11,794 bases of DNA from positions 1 to 11,794 of the forward strand of contig JAYZAL010000029.1 of NCBI GenBank assembly GCA_036339735.1, given 5' to 3'. Shown here in pieces: positions 9,152 through 11,794 of the stretch. The notes under the pieces were generated by a model, which had not been told where the DNA came from, ran no database searches, and was given only the letters and a program-made list of their open reading frames with translations. Origin of the DNA: Candidatus Poribacteria bacterium. Lineage in GTDB: Bacteria; Poribacteria; WGA-4E; UBA9662. The translations under genes and the position numbers were made by a program. Every line of letters begins with the position of its first letter. Position 1 is the stretch's first letter.

Positions 9152-9517
9152 GGGGGTGTCACGGTTTCGACGGAAGCAGTTGAGATTAAGGTTGCATGTC
9201 GAGGATTCCGCAGGCCTCGTTAAATGGGCGGAAACAATTTAATTGCCGATAACCAATTGGCTTTAGCCGCTTAAGCGGCTCGCTCCGTTAATCTGTTGCC
9301 TATCGGATTAACCTGAGCGTCAAAATAATAGGCTTTGCTGGCCTGAGATGTTGGAGGGCAGGTTGGCAAGATTTACTCCATCTAGCTTCGATTGAATCCG
9401 GCATCAGGGAGTTATGGTAAGCGAACGAGGATTAAGAGTCCAGAAAATCTGATGACAAACATGTAGTAGCTTTTTTTGAGATGTTTTCGGACGCGGGTTC
9501 GACTCCCGCCACCTCCA
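9152..9517 (+). ncRNA. ssrA: tmRNA (transfer-messenger RNA); tag peptide (A)ADNQLALAA at 9245-9274
   Basis: 5' end GGGGGTGTCACGGTTTCGAC; 3' end GACGCGGGTTCGACTCCCGCCACCTCCA. The acceptor stem GGGGGTG/CACCTCC has the G3.U alanyl identity pair, and the T-arm is GCGGG-TTCGACT-CCCGC. The tag frame is GCC GAT AAC CAA TTG GCT TTA GCC GCT TAA, with the stop in hairpin AGCCGC-TTAA-GCGGCT. Length 366 nt; CCA is not encoded. Confidence 0.97.
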
Positions 9518-9540
9518 ATTTCTCTTTTCAAATCCTTTAG

Positions 9541-9553
9541 TATCAAGGATTTA
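9541..9553 (+). promoter_or_regulatory. IHF-consensus site in the putative attL arm
   Basis: TATCAAGGATTTA matches WATCAANNNNTTR exactly. It overlaps the inverted repeat AAATCCTT-7 bp-AAGGATTT (9530-9552). Confidence 0.55.
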
Positions 9554-9620
9554 ACCGCTTTTTGATACATTTTGATAGTGGGATGACCATTTTAGTCACA
9601 TTTGAGGTCACACTTCAATC

Positions 9621-10973
9621 ATGTCAAAAAGTAACTCTTATCTAGTTCATAGAAAAACTGGAAGTTCCTATTTCTTCCGTTCCATTATTCCCAAAGACCT
9701 ACAACCCAAGTTAGGCAAAAGAGAATTCCAACTTTCTCTCAGATGCGGAATTCTCAAACAAGCCAAATCTCTATCTTTTCAACTCTTTAATAAAACTCAG
9801 TTGATCTATGCTTCAATTAGAGATGAATCTATGTCTAAGCATATCTCAACTCAACAAATTAAGGAATTACTGAAGCAAGAATTAGATCAAAATAACTCTC
9901 AACAGTCTCAATCATCTAACCAAGAAAAGAACAACTTGGCTAATAATCAAAGCAAACAAAAAATAAGACAAAAATCTTCTGAAGGTGTTTCTTTGGTCGA
10001 ATTATGCAAGAAATTTACAGAATCAAGACTGGATAGAGGTTTTAATGAAAAAACTATCAATGATTATCAAGATTCAAATAATCTGTTGCTGGAGTTTTTT
10101 GGTAATGTTCCTATTGATACTTTGACTCATCAAAATGGCAGGGATTACATCCAATTGCTAAAACATCTACCTACTAATCGGAAGAAAAAATATCCGAATA
10201 AGACGATAAAACAGTTGGTTGAGCTAAAAGATGTTCAATTAATGAGTCCCAGGACAATCAGTAAACACACCGAAAGAATATCGGCTTTGTTTAATTGGGC
10301 GACTAATCAAGGCTACACTAATCAAAACGTGTTCAGGGGCAAATTAGAACCGATTAGAAGCCAGCAGATAATAGAGAAACACTTCACTTCAGATGAAATG
10401 AATCTGATTTTAGGTGATAAGTTGATATCAGAATCATTAGCAATTAACAAACCTGAAAGATACTGGGTAACTTTACTATCAGCTTATTCAGGAGCTAGAT
10501 TGAATGAGATTTGTCAATTGAATGTTTCTGATATTGAAAAGATGGATGGAATTTGGGCAATCAATCTTAATGCTGATGGTGAAGATAAAAGTATTAAAAC
10601 TCAAGCTGGTAAGAGACTTGTTCCTTTACATGCGAAGATTCTGAAACTTGGTTTTCTCGATTATGTGGATCAGATTAGGAATGAAAGTCACCTAAAACTA
10701 TTCCCAAATTTGAAAAAAATGAAAAGCACAGGTTATGGCACAATGATTAGCAGGTGGTTTGCTAAATATTTGAAGAAACTTGGAATTAAAAAGAAAGGTA
10801 AAAACTTTCATTCCTTCAGACATACAGTAGTAAATAGACTAACCAATCAGAAAGTTTATGAACCATTTATTAAAGAGCTAATTGGACATTCTCATGGATC
10901 TTTAACAATGGACGTATATGGAGGAAGAAAACCATTGGATGTATTGTTGAATGAGTGTGTGATTAAAATCTGA
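9621..10973 (+). CDS. Site-specific tyrosine recombinase/integrase with N-terminal DUF6538-like arm-binding domain
   Basis: N-terminal YFFRSIIPKDLQPKLGKREFQLSLR. Catalytic residues are intact: R (YSGARLNEI), K (IKT), HxxR (FHSFRHT), H (LIGHS), Y (TMDVY). Confidence 0.95.
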   Translation: MSKSNSYLVHRKTGSSYFFRSIIPKDLQPKLGKREFQLSLRCGILKQAKSLSFQLFNKTQLIYASIRDESMSKHISTQQIKELLKQELDQNNSQQSQSSNQEKNNLANNQSKQKIRQKSSEGVSLVELCKKFTESRLDRGFNEKTINDYQDSNNLLLEFFGNVPIDTLTHQNGRDYIQLLKHLPTNRKKKYPNKTIKQLVELKDVQLMSPRTISKHTERISALFNWATNQGYTNQNVFRGKLEPIRSQQIIEKHFTSDEMNLILGDKLISESLAINKPERYWVTLLSAYSGARLNEICQLNVSDIEKMDGIWAINLNADGEDKSIKTQAGKRLVPLHAKILKLGFLDYVDQIRNESHLKLFPNLKKMKSTGYGTMISRWFAKYLKKLGIKKKGKNFHSFRHTVVNRLTNQKVYEPFIKELIGHSHGSLTMDVYGGRKPLDVLLNECVIKI

Positions 10974-11016
10974 AGGATTTGGACATTGAATGGAAAAGAC
11001 AAGGTAGAAATTTAAG

Positions 11017-11149
11017 CAGGTAATTTTCTCTTATATAATATAAGAAGATTTTACCTGGTAACTTAAGATCCCAATCTGTGTTATTTTTGTCTTGATGTTC
11101 AGAGCAAGTAAATAATAGAAACCTTTGATCTGATTGACTTAATTGATTT
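11017..11149 (+). repeat. 133-bp direct repeat, copy 1, beginning with an imperfect palindrome (11017-11057)
   Basis: Matches 11662-11794 at 131/133 positions. The differences are 11027 T vs 11672 C and 11038 A vs 11683 T. Confidence 0.97.
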
Positions 11150-11661
11150 AGTTTGTAAGTTAGAAGGTACTACTAAACATATACCATTCAAGCGGGGAAT
11201 TCGCACTATCTAGTAGGAATCTTGTTAATCATTCAGAATCTAGTTGAAGGTCTGATATCAACTCAAAGGTAATGTCTGGAATTCTCTCATTTCTCATTTA
11301 ACCTAAGATAACAATTAATTAGATTTACAAATGTATTTGTTTATCTTCAGGATAGGTAGAGCACTGGAGAAATGTAGACGGTTCAATTTAATAATGAATA
11401 TGATTTACAAATTACTGCCGATTCAATGTTAGTCAATGCATATGCAGGATTTAACATGAACATGGCAGTAATATAAAAGATCCTGTGAAAACATGAAACA
11501 CAACATTGATTTAATACCACAGGAAAGGAAGTGTTGATATCTTTGAATTTGCAGGATTGGTGTTTTCATGGCTACCTAATAATAAATACTATAAGGTGGG
11601 TGTGAAAACGTTAAATCAAGATCTAAAGGATTTGCACACAAAAGATAAAGGCAAATTCAAC

Positions 11662-11794
11662 CAGGTAATTTCCTCTTATATATTATAAGAAGATTTTACC
11701 TGGTAACTTAAGATCCCAATCTGTGTTATTTTTGTCTTGATGTTCAGAGCAAGTAAATAATAGAAACCTTTGATCTGATTGACTTAATTGATTT
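11662..11794 (+). repeat. 133-bp direct repeat, copy 2, reaching the window end (palindrome 11661-11703)
   Basis: Offset 645 bp from copy 1. CCAGGTAATTTCCTCTTATA-TAT-TATAAGAAGATTTTACCTGG forms 20-bp arms with 17 Watson-Crick pairs. Confidence 0.97.

Larger units (their letters stand above)
9518..11794. mobile_element. Genomic island integrated at the 3' end of tmRNA (left part only; far boundary outside the window)
   Basis: A tyrosine integrase starts 103 bp after the tmRNA. The DNA becomes AT-richer (sample lines: 19/60 G+C at 9901-9960 vs 33/60 at 3661-3720). No GC-rich ssrA terminator and no duplicated tmRNA 3' end are seen in the window. Confidence 0.8.

Noticed and set aside
9488-9517. 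Stand-alone tRNA
   Set aside because: The T-arm and acceptor strand belong to the tmRNA; there is no anticodon arm.
11322-11412. 11-bp direct repeat GATTTACAAAT (11322, 11402)
   Set aside because: Only two copies in very AT-rich DNA; compatible with chance.
11017-11794. CRISPR array or classical integron attC reading of the repeats
   Set aside because: The 133-bp unit and ~510-bp spacer do not fit CRISPR and no cas genes are present. There are no clear attC R-box ends and the integrase does not resemble IntI.

Overview
The left ~9.1 kb looks like host chromosome. It carries five closely spaced minus-strand genes: a large secreted Kelch/Ig/FN3 protein with a C-terminal NYPNPFNPETWIPYQL module, a 103-aa hypothetical, a GlmL/MutL-family actin-like ATPase, a DUF1593 nucleoside-hydrolase-like protein and an SDR oxidoreductase that runs off the window edge. 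A 4HBT/YbgC thioesterase lies upstream. The C-terminal module suggests Candidatus Poribacteria (inference). A complete tmRNA gene (9152-9517, tag ADNQLALAA) has a clear sigma70-type promoter. Directly after it begins an AT-rich genomic island: an IHF-consensus site, candidate arm-type repeats and an intact tyrosine integrase (9621-10973). The most unusual part follows the integrase. A 133-bp direct repeat (131/133 identical) opens with a ~43-bp imperfect palindrome and occurs twice, 645 bp apart. The copies flank a hairpin-rich spacer with no long ORF, and the window ends inside or at the end of the second copy.
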